A stretch of DNA of 42,779 bases, taken from IMG/VR virus record IMGVR_UViG_3300045988_181578; one strand, given 5' to 3'. Source of the stretch: a virus. The position numbers and the translations under genes were made by a program. Positions 1-6,761 of this stretch are shown here, piece by piece (within the stretch, counting starts at the first letter, position 1; every line of letters starts with the position of its first letter). Below the pieces are notes generated by a model that saw only the letters and a list, made by a program, of their open reading frames with translations, did no database searches and was not told the origin of the DNA.

Positions 1-277
1 GACCGTCAGATTGTCGGGCAGGGACGTAATGCCCGTGTCGCTCAAATCAAACGAATCGCCGACCGTCAGATTGTCGGGCAGTGACGTAATGCCCGTGCCA
101 CGCAAGTTCAGCCAACCGCCGACCGTCAGATTGTCGGGCAGGGACGTAATGCCCGTGTCGCTCAAATCCAACGAATCGCCGACCGTCAGATTGTCGGGCA
201 GTGACGTAATGCCCGTGCCGCTCAAGTTCAGCCAACCGCCGACCGTAAAATTGTTGGGCAGGGACGTAAAATCATAA
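1..277. repeat. 60-bp near-perfect direct tandem repeats (about 4.6 copies) encoding 20-aa LRR units
   Basis: The unit gaccgtcagattgtcgggcag(g/t)gacgtaatgcccgtg(t/c)cgctcaa(a/g)t(c/t)(a/c)a(a/g)c(g/c)aa(t/c)cgcc repeats head to tail. The same array is present at 42480-42779. Confidence 0.9.
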
Positions 278-312
278 TTATGTTTTGATAGCCATTTTTC
301 AGTTAATTTCAT
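1..312 (-). CDS. LRR protein, N-terminal part (ATG at about 312 then in-frame 20-aa LRR repeats); gene runs off the window start and continues at the window end
   Basis: Minus-strand reading gives MKLTEKWLSKHNYDFTSLPNNFTVGG then repeats of LDLSDTGITSLPDNLTVGGS. The RBS aaaggaaag precedes the ATG. The first 37 nt of the window are identical to the last 37 nt. Confidence 0.6.
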   Translation of the reverse strand, partial: MKLTEKWLSKHNYDFTSLPNNFTVGGWLNLSGTGITSLPDNLTVGDSLDLSDTGITSLPDNLTVGGWLNLRGTGITSLPDNLTVGDSFDLSDTGITSLPDNLTV

Positions 313-323
313 ACTCTTTCCTT

Positions 324-470
324 TCAATTCCAGCAATTTGACAAAAAAATGCACCCTGTCGGGTCTTTTCCAGCCGCTCTGTCGATTCGGGCGACTTCAG
401 CGTCAATCGCAAAAAATACGGCAAAAACCAAAAATGCCGCACTTGCAATTAAACAAACAACATCTTTCAT
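324..470 (-). CDS. small single-TM membrane protein (48 aa), co-oriented immediately upstream of the LRR gene
   Basis: MKDVVCLIASAAFLVFAVFFAIDAEVARIDRAAGKDPTGCIFLSNCWN with RBS aaggaagg 6-7 nt upstream. It is the internal start of track ORF 324..593. Confidence 0.35.
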   Translation of the reverse strand: MKDVVCLIASAAFLVFAVFFAIDAEVARIDRAAGKDPTGCIFLSNCWN

Positions 471-620
471 TTTTTCCCTTCCTTTTTTCGAATCGGAATC
501 TTGCCGTCGATATTTTTTTGTACCAAATTCAAAAACAGCCGTCAACAACTTTTTATTTTTTTTCAAAAAATGTTTTGATTTCTTAAAATTCACGAATAAA
601 ATAAAGGCGTGAGGTGTAAA

Positions 621-830
621 ATGAACATTCTTGAAAAATACAGGAAAGAAAACGGCTTAACGTATGCCGAGCTTGGTGAACGTATGGGACACAAACCTTG
701 CCGTGTTTGGAAGTGGTGCAAAAAAGGAATCAGATGCCCCGCATCCATAATATCTATTTCCGAGCTTTTGAATCTCGAAACGTCAACAGTTTTAAAAGAA
801 ATGACTGAAAGGAAAGAAAAAAATGGTTGA
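621..830 (+). CDS. small HTH DNA-binding protein (Cro/XRE-like)
   Basis: MNILEKYRKENGLTYAELGERMG is an HTH-like segment, preceded by RBS gaggtg. The gene is divergent from the LRR operon. Confidence 0.5.
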   Translation: MNILEKYRKENGLTYAELGERMGHKPCRVWKWCKKGIRCPASIISISELLNLETSTVLKEMTERKEKNG

Positions 831-1077
831 AATTAAAGATGTAAACGGAGTCGATGCGTCGCGCCTACTGTCGTATCTTGAGCGAATCGAACGTTTAGAA
901 GAGGAACGAAAAGCTCTTCAAATCGACATTAAAGAAGTATTTGAAGAAGCAAAATCGGCGAATTTTGACGTAAAAGCAATCAAAGAGCTTTTGAAAATTC
1001 GCAAAAAAGACGAACTGGAACGCCAAGAACAGGAATACGTCGTCGAACAGTACCGACGCGCTCTTGGCATCGATTGA
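823..1077 (+). CDS. DUF2312/GapR-like DNA-binding protein
   Basis: ERIERLEEERKALQIDIKEVFEEAKSANFDVKAIKELLKIRKKDELERQEQEYVVEQYRRALG matches the DUF2312 (GapR) consensus pattern. Confidence 0.65.
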   Translation: MVEIKDVNGVDASRLLSYLERIERLEEERKALQIDIKEVFEEAKSANFDVKAIKELLKIRKKDELERQEQEYVVEQYRRALGID

Positions 1078-1080
1078 AAT

Positions 1081-1108
1081 ACGGCGGGGATTATCCCGCC
1101 GTTTTTTC
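1081..1108. terminator. bidirectional rho-independent terminator between convergent genes
   Basis: Stem ggcgggg / ccccgcc (loop attat) with a T-run on the plus strand and an A-run on the other side. The stop codon of the minus-strand small ORF lies inside the hairpin. Confidence 0.5.
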
Positions 1109-1270
1109 TTTGTACACCCATTTTTCGCCGTCAAACACAATGTCAAAACCGATTTTAAGGTTTAGCGGCTCTTTGAACGTATGAAACGGCGGTAAATCCG
1201 ATTCGGAGTGGCATTTTTGCGCCCCGTTCCATTTTCCTGTTTTTTTATCGTATGAATAAGCAATCAGCAT
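1091..1270 (-). CDS. small hypothetical protein (59 aa)
   Basis: MLIAYSYDKKTGKWNGAQKC...GEKWVYKEKTAG with a strong RBS aggag 7 nt upstream. Below the track's length cut-off. Confidence 0.4.
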   Translation of the reverse strand: MLIAYSYDKKTGKWNGAQKCHSESDLPPFHTFKEPLNLKIGFDIVFDGEKWVYKEKTAG

Positions 1271-1380
1271 AAGCGACTCCTGTTTGTTATAAAAATTCCC
1301 CGCCGATAAGGAGGAAAATCGGCGGGGGTTTTAGTGCTGAATAGAAGGTAGTTTCTTTATGGCATAAAAAGCCAAAAAGT

Positions 1381-1605
1381 TCAACCTTTTTTTTCAGAAT
1401 CAATCAGCTCTTTGATTTCATCCCGCTTCATTCTGCCGACATAAAACAAACCGTCGGCAGTTTGCAAAACGGGGACTTGCGTTATGTTTTTCTTTGAAAG
1501 TTCTTCAGCAGGCATATCTTCAGCGTAAACAACGTTGAGGTCAGGAAACACCCTTTTTATTTCCCTGCATTTGAAACAATTACGAGTTGAAATCAGAGTT
1601 GCCAT
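1381..1605 (-). CDS. glutaredoxin-like / NrdH-like redoxin
   Basis: CFKC (CxxC) motif plus VPVLQTADGLFYVG in a thioredoxin-fold pattern; ATG with RBS aagga. The track's start is TTG at 1611. Confidence 0.55.
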   Translation of the reverse strand: MATLISTRNCFKCREIKRVFPDLNVVYAEDMPAEELSKKNITQVPVLQTADGLFYVGRMKRDEIKELIDSEKKG

Positions 1606-1767
1606 TTTCAAATCCTTTCATACAATCTATTGCGCTTTCCAAGTCTTCAATGACCTCTTTACGCACTTGTTTTGTCAGTTTTCTTATCGTCTTCATATTG
1701 AAAGTTAGACGGGGCGTATACGTCCCGTTTTATTCAATGTAAAGGATAACATCATCATCAAGCATTG

Positions 1768-2049
1768 TTATTTTCCAGTTTCTCTTTCGCACCCGCAAGC
1801 CAAGTATCCAACCGCATCAACCCACGAATCTTCGTGCTTCGGATTTCCCTGCAAGCGGGCAATTTTAAAAAGTGTCATCATAACGGCGACATCCGTTTCC
1901 GTTATACGAACGTCGATTCCGTCGTTCTGCAAATACGTCGTCCAAAGGCGGGCAATCCGCTTAAACGTGTTGGCGGGATTTCCATGCGCTTGTTCGCGAC
2001 TTCCGCATACGGTTTCAGCGGCTTTTTTGAGTAATTCTTCTCTGGTCAT
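1768..2049 (-). CDS. DUF6378-like phage protein
   Basis: HGNPANTFKRIARLWTTYL...DVAVMMTLFKIARLQGNP pattern. The start ATG overlaps the upstream stop (ATGA). Confidence 0.4.
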   Translation of the reverse strand: MTREELLKKAAETVCGSREQAHGNPANTFKRIARLWTTYLQNDGIDVRITETDVAVMMTLFKIARLQGNPKHEDSWVDAVGYLACGCERETGK

Positions 2050-2399
2050 TAGTGATGATAACTCCCGTTTGCTTGTTTCTTCCAACTGCGATTGAAGTTG
2101 ATTGTCATCTTTTTCTGAATCGCATCGTACAGTTCGTCGTCGGCATCGGCGCAATGCTTTACAATCGCCTTGCAGGTGAACATACCGATAGACGCTTCAA
2201 AGCGAAACCAGAGCGCGGAAGCCACGATAAAGCAGTCAGCCAATTCCGTGATTTGCTTTTCGGGGTCGGCTGTTTCCGCCCGCCATTCGTCAAATTCTTC
2301 GTCCAGTTTAAGCAACTGTCCCGCCTTGTCAGCATCTTTGAACGTAACAGTGTGCCAATCTGCAATTTTCTTTGCCAAGTCGTAAAATTCTTGTTTCAT
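2049..2399 (-). CDS. MazG-like nucleotide pyrophosphohydrolase-like protein
   Basis: EEFDEWRAE...ITELADCFIVASALWFRF resembles the MazG EEhxE / ELADvl helices. RBS aagga; ATGA overlap with the upstream gene. Confidence 0.4.
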   Translation of the reverse strand: MKQEFYDLAKKIADWHTVTFKDADKAGQLLKLDEEFDEWRAETADPEKQITELADCFIVASALWFRFEASIGMFTCKAIVKHCADADDELYDAIQKKMTINFNRSWKKQANGSYHH

Positions 2400-3361
2400 T
2401 TTGATTCCTTTCGAGGTGAGCATTTAAGGTATTCATCAATTACCGTTTTTAAACCGAGATGATTCATACAGTAATCGTACTGTTTGGGATGGGTTTGCTT
2501 CATTTTGTCGAATTTTGTTTCACCCTTCTTTTCGCAATGAAGCCCGTACATACAAAACATACAACCCGTTCTGTGCACGCCTGTCGTATACAGTTTTCCG
2601 TTGTATTCTTTGATTTCTCCATAAACGGAAGGTATATCAAGATTAAAACGGCGAATGTACTCCAAAATGTCTTGCTCCGTCCAAAATGATAGCGGTTTGC
2701 TCTCAGGGTGTTTTGCCGAAAATGCGTTGCAATTCGTGCCTAAGTATTTTTGCCAGCGCAGACGACTTTCCTCAGCCATCGTTCCGAGAATCGGATGTCG
2801 CCCGCTTTCCTTTTCAAACTTTTTTGCTGGATTCTTTTTCATCACGTCACAGCATTTGTTTGAAATCTCAAACGGAGCGTTTATAAGCGGTTGCCAGCAA
2901 TTCGACAAACGAGACATTGACCCTCGCGTTCCGTCTGGTAAAAGTCTTCCGTTCATACGGACGTCTTTCAGTTTGTCGGATTTTGAGTGGCGCATATCGT
3001 AAATGTATCTCGACTGCTCTTTTGAAATGATTGGATAGCCATATTTTTCAAGAACTTGTTTGAACGTGTATTTCGGCTTTATCCATATCACGTTTTCCGT
3101 ATTTTTAACGTGCTGACGCAGTTCTGGGTATTCCAAGCCAGTATCCACAAAAACTGCTGGGATGTCGGCGCAAGTTTTGATTGACCGAGCGATATGTAGC
3201 AGGACTGTGCTGTCTTTGCCTCCAGAAAAGCTGACAAAAACCTGACCGTCATATTGAAGATACCACTCCAATATCAATTCTTTCGTCCGTTTAATTTTCT
3301 CGTCAATCGGCAATTTCAACAATGCGAGTTTTTCGTCTTTTGTCATTTTGAGTCCTTTCAT
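2396..3361 (-). CDS. phosphoadenosine phosphosulfate (PAPS) reductase-family protein (PP-loop ATP pyrophosphatase)
   Basis: SFSGGKDS PP-loop motif and a C-terminal Cys cluster GCMFC...C. Start alternatives are 3361 (ATGA-coupled) or 3346 (RBS aagga). Confidence 0.8.
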   Translation of the reverse strand: MKGLKMTKDEKLALLKLPIDEKIKRTKELILEWYLQYDGQVFVSFSGGKDSTVLLHIARSIKTCADIPAVFVDTGLEYPELRQHVKNTENVIWIKPKYTFKQVLEKYGYPIISKEQSRYIYDMRHSKSDKLKDVRMNGRLLPDGTRGSMSRLSNCWQPLINAPFEISNKCCDVMKKNPAKKFEKESGRHPILGTMAEESRLRWQKYLGTNCNAFSAKHPESKPLSFWTEQDILEYIRRFNLDIPSVYGEIKEYNGKLYTTGVHRTGCMFCMYGLHCEKKGETKFDKMKQTHPKQYDYCMNHLGLKTVIDEYLKCSPRKESK

Positions 3362-3510
3362 TTTTTTGTTGCACAAAAAAAGTAGGCGCGCTTTTCGGCT
3401 TCTTCACGACTAAATTCAGCGTCAAATTCCAAAATAGCCGCACGTTCTTCAAAGTCTTCAAATTCAGCGTTTGAAAAATCAACCGCCGCCAATTTTGCAT
3501 AGTCTATCAT
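3358..3510 (-). CDS. small acidic hypothetical protein (50 aa)
   Basis: MIDYAKLAAVDFSNAEFEDFEERAAILEFDAEFSREEAEKRAYFFCATKK. ATGA overlaps at both ends link it into the operon. Confidence 0.35.
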   Translation of the reverse strand: MIDYAKLAAVDFSNAEFEDFEERAAILEFDAEFSREEAEKRAYFFCATKK

Positions 3511-3824
3511 ATCAACGCCTTTTTGTTATCAGAAAAATACTTCAAAATGTTTAATTTGTCATCCATTGTCATATTTTGCGCCCGCATACGAACGTCAAAA
3601 ATCGCGTTGTCAGCAAGTCCGAACATTTCTGGGTGGTGTGATATGAAACGTTCCTCGAAAGTCATTGTGCGCATTGTTTCCGCCGCGCGAACGCCAAAAT
3701 ACTTTTTAAGCTTTTCACGATACGCTTTTAAAGCGTTGGCGCGCGCAGTTTCTTTATCCAGTCCGCTCGCTTCTTCAAAAGCACGGTATTCAAAATAAAA
3801 AGCCCGAATTTCTTTAAATCTCAT
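3507..3824 (-). CDS. hypothetical protein
   Basis: 105-aa ORF inside the co-directional early operon. It overlaps the upstream helicase gene by 11 nt. Confidence 0.45.
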   Translation of the reverse strand: MRFKEIRAFYFEYRAFEEASGLDKETARANALKAYREKLKKYFGVRAAETMRTMTFEERFISHHPEMFGLADNAIFDVRMRAQNMTMDDKLNILKYFSDNKKALI

Positions 3825-4722
3825 TCCGCAATTCCTTTATTTCCGACCCCGTATAATTCACGGAAAGGACTTCGTAAGCGTCTTCATACTGCCCGCGCTT
3901 CAAGTCATAGTACAGGCGCGCCGCTTCGTTTCTAAAGCCACCGAATCGGTTTTTACGGATACAACAAAACGTCGCCTTGCGCGCACTTGTAGTTGACAGC
4001 TCATTCATTTCGTCATCGGGCGCAAACATAATAACAACCGTTGCTTCCTTAACCTTATTTGAGCTTCCGATAAATTCATCCATGGACGGGATTTTGAAAA
4101 GCTTTTGCCCAAACATCGGCTTACGCAAATGCGATATAGCAACGACCGCCATTTTCGTTTCATCCTGCACTTGCCGAATCGTCTTCATCAGCATTGTTTG
4201 GTGGATGTTGTCGTTCAAGTCGTAAGCGTCTTTTTCGACATAATCCAAGTGGTCAATAATCAGCAATTCGCAACCCGCTTCTTTTTCTTTCAGCATAGCA
4301 TCGACAAGCTTTTCGATTGTGAAATTCGGTTGTCTGTGAAAAACGTGCAAGCCTTTAAACGCCACATCCATTGCCGAGTCGATTTCGTTCACGATATCTT
4401 CAGTCATCAAACTGTTTGCACCGCCCTGCATAAACGCGCGTTCGGAAATGTCATAGCGTTTCGTCAGTTCAAGAAACTTCAAATACCCGACGTGCATTTC
4501 AAGGTCGTCTTCAAAGTTCTCAAGCGAAAACAGGGACACTTTGCACCGATTACGGTTTTTAAGCGCGATACTGTTTGCGATTGTGGATTTTCCCGCGCCG
4601 CTTCGGCTTCCGATTAAAATCAAATCGCCTTTCCCGATGCCGTACAGCGTCTTGTCGAGGTAATTGATTCCGAAAACGCCTACATTTTTGTTGGAATTGA
4701 CTCCCGAAAAATATGTTGTCAT
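3814..4722 (-). CDS. DnaB-like helicase C-terminal (RecA-fold ATPase) domain protein
   Basis: Walker A GSRSGAGKST, Walker B LLIIDHLD, and ISHLRK. ATGA overlap with the replisome-organiser gene. Confidence 0.8.
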   Translation of the reverse strand: MTTYFSGVNSNKNVGVFGINYLDKTLYGIGKGDLILIGSRSGAGKSTIANSIALKNRNRCKVSLFSLENFEDDLEMHVGYLKFLELTKRYDISERAFMQGGANSLMTEDIVNEIDSAMDVAFKGLHVFHRQPNFTIEKLVDAMLKEKEAGCELLIIDHLDYVEKDAYDLNDNIHQTMLMKTIRQVQDETKMAVVAISHLRKPMFGQKLFKIPSMDEFIGSSNKVKEATVVIMFAPDDEMNELSTTSARKATFCCIRKNRFGGFRNEAARLYYDLKRGQYEDAYEVLSVNYTGSEIKELRNEI

Positions 4723-5471
4723 TTCTCAAGCTCCTGTTCAATTATTTGTTTAAGCCGTGTTCGCGCCCTCTGGATAAAGAACTCGTCCCCCTGTGCTTTC
4801 ATCTGTTCCAAATACGCCATTTGGTTTTTAACAGCTTCCCGATTTAAAACGTGGGATATATCTTTGAATGTTCGAGAGTTTCTAAGCCAGTTTCGCCAAG
4901 TTGCTATCCAATCTTTTTTGGTCGCCGTTGCTCCAGTTTTTCCTGCCCAGTAATCTTTGAATGTTTGATACTCTCTTTCTGCCGATTGAAACGGATTCAT
5001 TTTCACCGATTCGGTTTCAAAATCTTTTGGCATTGTTTCATTGAAGTACGGTGAGTTTTCAAAACGGCATCCTTTTGTGATTTCCGTTTTTTCTTTAGAA
5101 ATTTCTTTTTTTAATGTTTCGTTAGAAACATCAGAATCAGATTCAGAATCAGATTCAGAATCAGATTCATAGCGCATTTGCTTGCATTTGGTAGCATTTG
5201 GTAGCATTTGCTTGCATTTGGTAGCATTTGCTTTCCCTCCTAAACTACCAGCGTTTCTGCGCTTTTCACAAACTTTTTCATATTTTTCAGCGTTTTCGTC
5301 AAAGTAATTTTTGAAAGGCAAGAATACGGCTTTCATCAATCCATTTAATTTAGGTTCGACGCCGTTCTGATAGTCTTTAATCGCCAAAAACAAATCGGCG
5401 ATTTGTTCTTTGTTGAGTTCGTCAAGAACTGAAAGCGATTCCGTGTAAATTAAAAATGATTTTTTTTTCAT
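4719..5471 (-). CDS. putative phage replication initiation / replisome organiser protein (DnaD-like C-terminus)
   Basis: N-terminus LFLAIKDYQNG...KRRNAGSLGG is organiser-like; C-terminus FKDYWAGKTGATATKKDWIATWRNWLRN is DnaD/Phg_2220_C-like. It sits next to the helicase gene. RBS gaaagg. Confidence 0.5.
   Translation of the reverse strand: MKKKSFLIYTESLSVLDELNKEQIADLFLAIKDYQNGVEPKLNGLMKAVFLPFKNYFDENAEKYEKVCEKRRNAGSLGGKANATKCKQMLPNATKCKQMRYESDSESDSESDSDVSNETLKKEISKEKTEITKGCRFENSPYFNETMPKDFETESVKMNPFQSAEREYQTFKDYWAGKTGATATKKDWIATWRNWLRNSRTFKDISHVLNREAVKNQMAYLEQMKAQGDEFFIQRARTRLKQIIEQELEK
5139..5240. repeat. short tandem repeats inside the replisome-organiser linker
   Basis: gattcagaatca x3-4 encodes SDSESDSESDSD; gcatttgcttgcatttggta units encode ANATKCKQM x2. 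Confidence 0.8.
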
Positions 5472-5590
5472 AAAAGACCTTTCAGCGTGCAGAACGTCGG
5501 GCGCGACCCCGTAAGGTTTGCCTTATACTACAAACGCCGTTCTGCATAAAAAAAGGATTTTCCGTATAAGTTTTAATCGCAGGTAAAACG

Positions 5591-5785
5591 TTATTCCTTT
5601 TCAGACATCTTGTCAAGGATTCTTCCCAAGCGCGCGCGGATTCCTAAGAGTGAAACCAAGACAATCGCTACGACAGCGTTCAATGAAAAGCTTGTGTCCA
5701 AAATTGCTTTGACAAAGGCATATTCAATGCAGAAAAGAAGCACGCCAAAGAGATTTTTTCCGATCTGATTCAATGCGTTTTCCAT
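5591..5785 (-). CDS. small membrane protein (2 predicted TM)
   Basis: Hydrophobic stretches LFGVLLFCIEYAFV and AVVAIVLVSLLGI. RBS gaaagga. Confidence 0.4.
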   Translation of the reverse strand: MENALNQIGKNLFGVLLFCIEYAFVKAILDTSFSLNAVVAIVLVSLLGIRARLGRILDKMSEKE

Positions 5786-5804
5786 AGTTTTTTCCTTTCA
5801 GTTT

Positions 5805-6263
5805 TCAAAAAAAGATTTGACCTGGTGCGGTTTGGACTTCAGAAACGCTGATACGCAGATAGGGCTTTGTGTCCGTGTATCGTTTTTCAAAGGACATCAT
5901 CACGATTTGATTGTCATCCTTGTACATCACGCCGTTTAAAGCGTCCGCAACCAGTTTTAAAACGTTGTCCGCGTCGGGTTTAACCGTCGGGCGCACTTCA
6001 TTGTCAAGCATCTGTTGTTTTAAACGCTTGGACGTGGATTTTGGGATAGGATAACCCGCTTCGACATCCAGCTTTACCGAGTCTTTGAAAACACCGACAG
6101 AGCAAACATCCATTGCGCTTTTGCACACCGACGCGATTTTTCTTTCGGCGTTCTTTGTTTCGGGTGGGGTATATGTTCGGACAAATCCACCTTGCCGAAC
6201 AAAACGCGGGCGACCTTTGCCGACCATTTTTTCCATATTCACCACAAAATTAAGCGTTGTCAT
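5805..6263 (-). CDS. rusA: RusA-family Holliday junction resolvase
   Basis: GKGRPRF...TYTP and KPDADNVLKLVADALNGVMYKDDNQI match RusA motifs. Confidence 0.8.
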   Translation of the reverse strand: MTTLNFVVNMEKMVGKGRPRFVRQGGFVRTYTPPETKNAERKIASVCKSAMDVCSVGVFKDSVKLDVEAGYPIPKSTSKRLKQQMLDNEVRPTVKPDADNVLKLVADALNGVMYKDDNQIVMMSFEKRYTDTKPYLRISVSEVQTAPGQIFF

Positions 6264-6308
6264 TTCCGTTGTCCTTTCGATTGTCTTTTGCCGTACAAAA
6301 TCGAATTT

Positions 6309-6758
6309 TTATACGTTTGGATTTGTCGAGAACAAGATTTTATCGCTTGTTTCAAAAACCATTCTTTGGTTTTGGACGGTTGTCCATAAACCAGTTTGTC
6401 GATTAAGCGTTTCTGTTTTTCTTTTTCGTTTTTCATTTGTCCGCTCCCTTAATTCTTCGTTGATTTCATTGTTCACTTCCGACCAGTCAATAGGCTTTAC
6501 CGTTTTTAGGTATTCAATAACCGCGCGACAGTCGGGGTCGTTATTGTCCCAAGGCTTCGACGGCACTTTTGACCAATCGGGCTCTTTCGTTGACCAAGTT
6601 CTTTTTTTGGCTTGTTTTTTCAGAGCTTCCGCCTTTTGAGCATAATTTGCTTTAACGCGACACTTCACAGAACAGTATTTCTGGTGGCTTCCGTGTTGGC
6701 GTTCTTTTTCTTTGAAGTATGCGCCGCACCAAGCGCATTTAATTAGTTTTTCAGACAT
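6309..6758 (-). CDS. zinc-ribbon protein, function unknown
   Basis: CAWCG...C..KC pattern CxxC...CxxxC. RBS gaggg. Confidence 0.4.
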   Translation of the reverse strand: MSEKLIKCAWCGAYFKEKERQHGSHQKYCSVKCRVKANYAQKAEALKKQAKKRTWSTKEPDWSKVPSKPWDNNDPDCRAVIEYLKTVKPIDWSEVNNEINEELRERTNEKRKRKTETLNRQTGLWTTVQNQRMVFETSDKILFSTNPNV

Positions 6759-6761
6759 TTT

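Noticed and set aside
11-277. Track ORFs 11..277 (+) and 47..235 (-) across the window-start repeats
   Set aside because: These are alternative frames of the 60-bp tandem array. The biologically coherent frame is the minus-strand LRR reading that continues from the window end and has an RBS-preceded ATG at about 312.
338-612. Plus-strand ORFs 338..586 and 349..612
   Set aside because: They lie in the A/T-rich divergent promoter region and have low-complexity products. Only the RBS-supported 48-aa minus ORF (324-470) was kept.
895-1146. Minus ORFs 895..1146 and 918..1121
   Set aside because: Antisense to the well-supported DUF2312/GapR-like gene.
1765-2462. Plus ORFs 1765..2034, 2052..2462, 2170..2385 and minus 2159..2365
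   Set aside because: They overlap in alternative frames with the ATGA-coupled minus-strand DUF6378-like and MazG-like genes.
3977-4741. Plus ORFs 3977..4225 and 4105..4617, and minus 4559..4741
   Set aside because: They lie inside or antisense to the DnaB-like helicase gene, which has clear Walker motifs.
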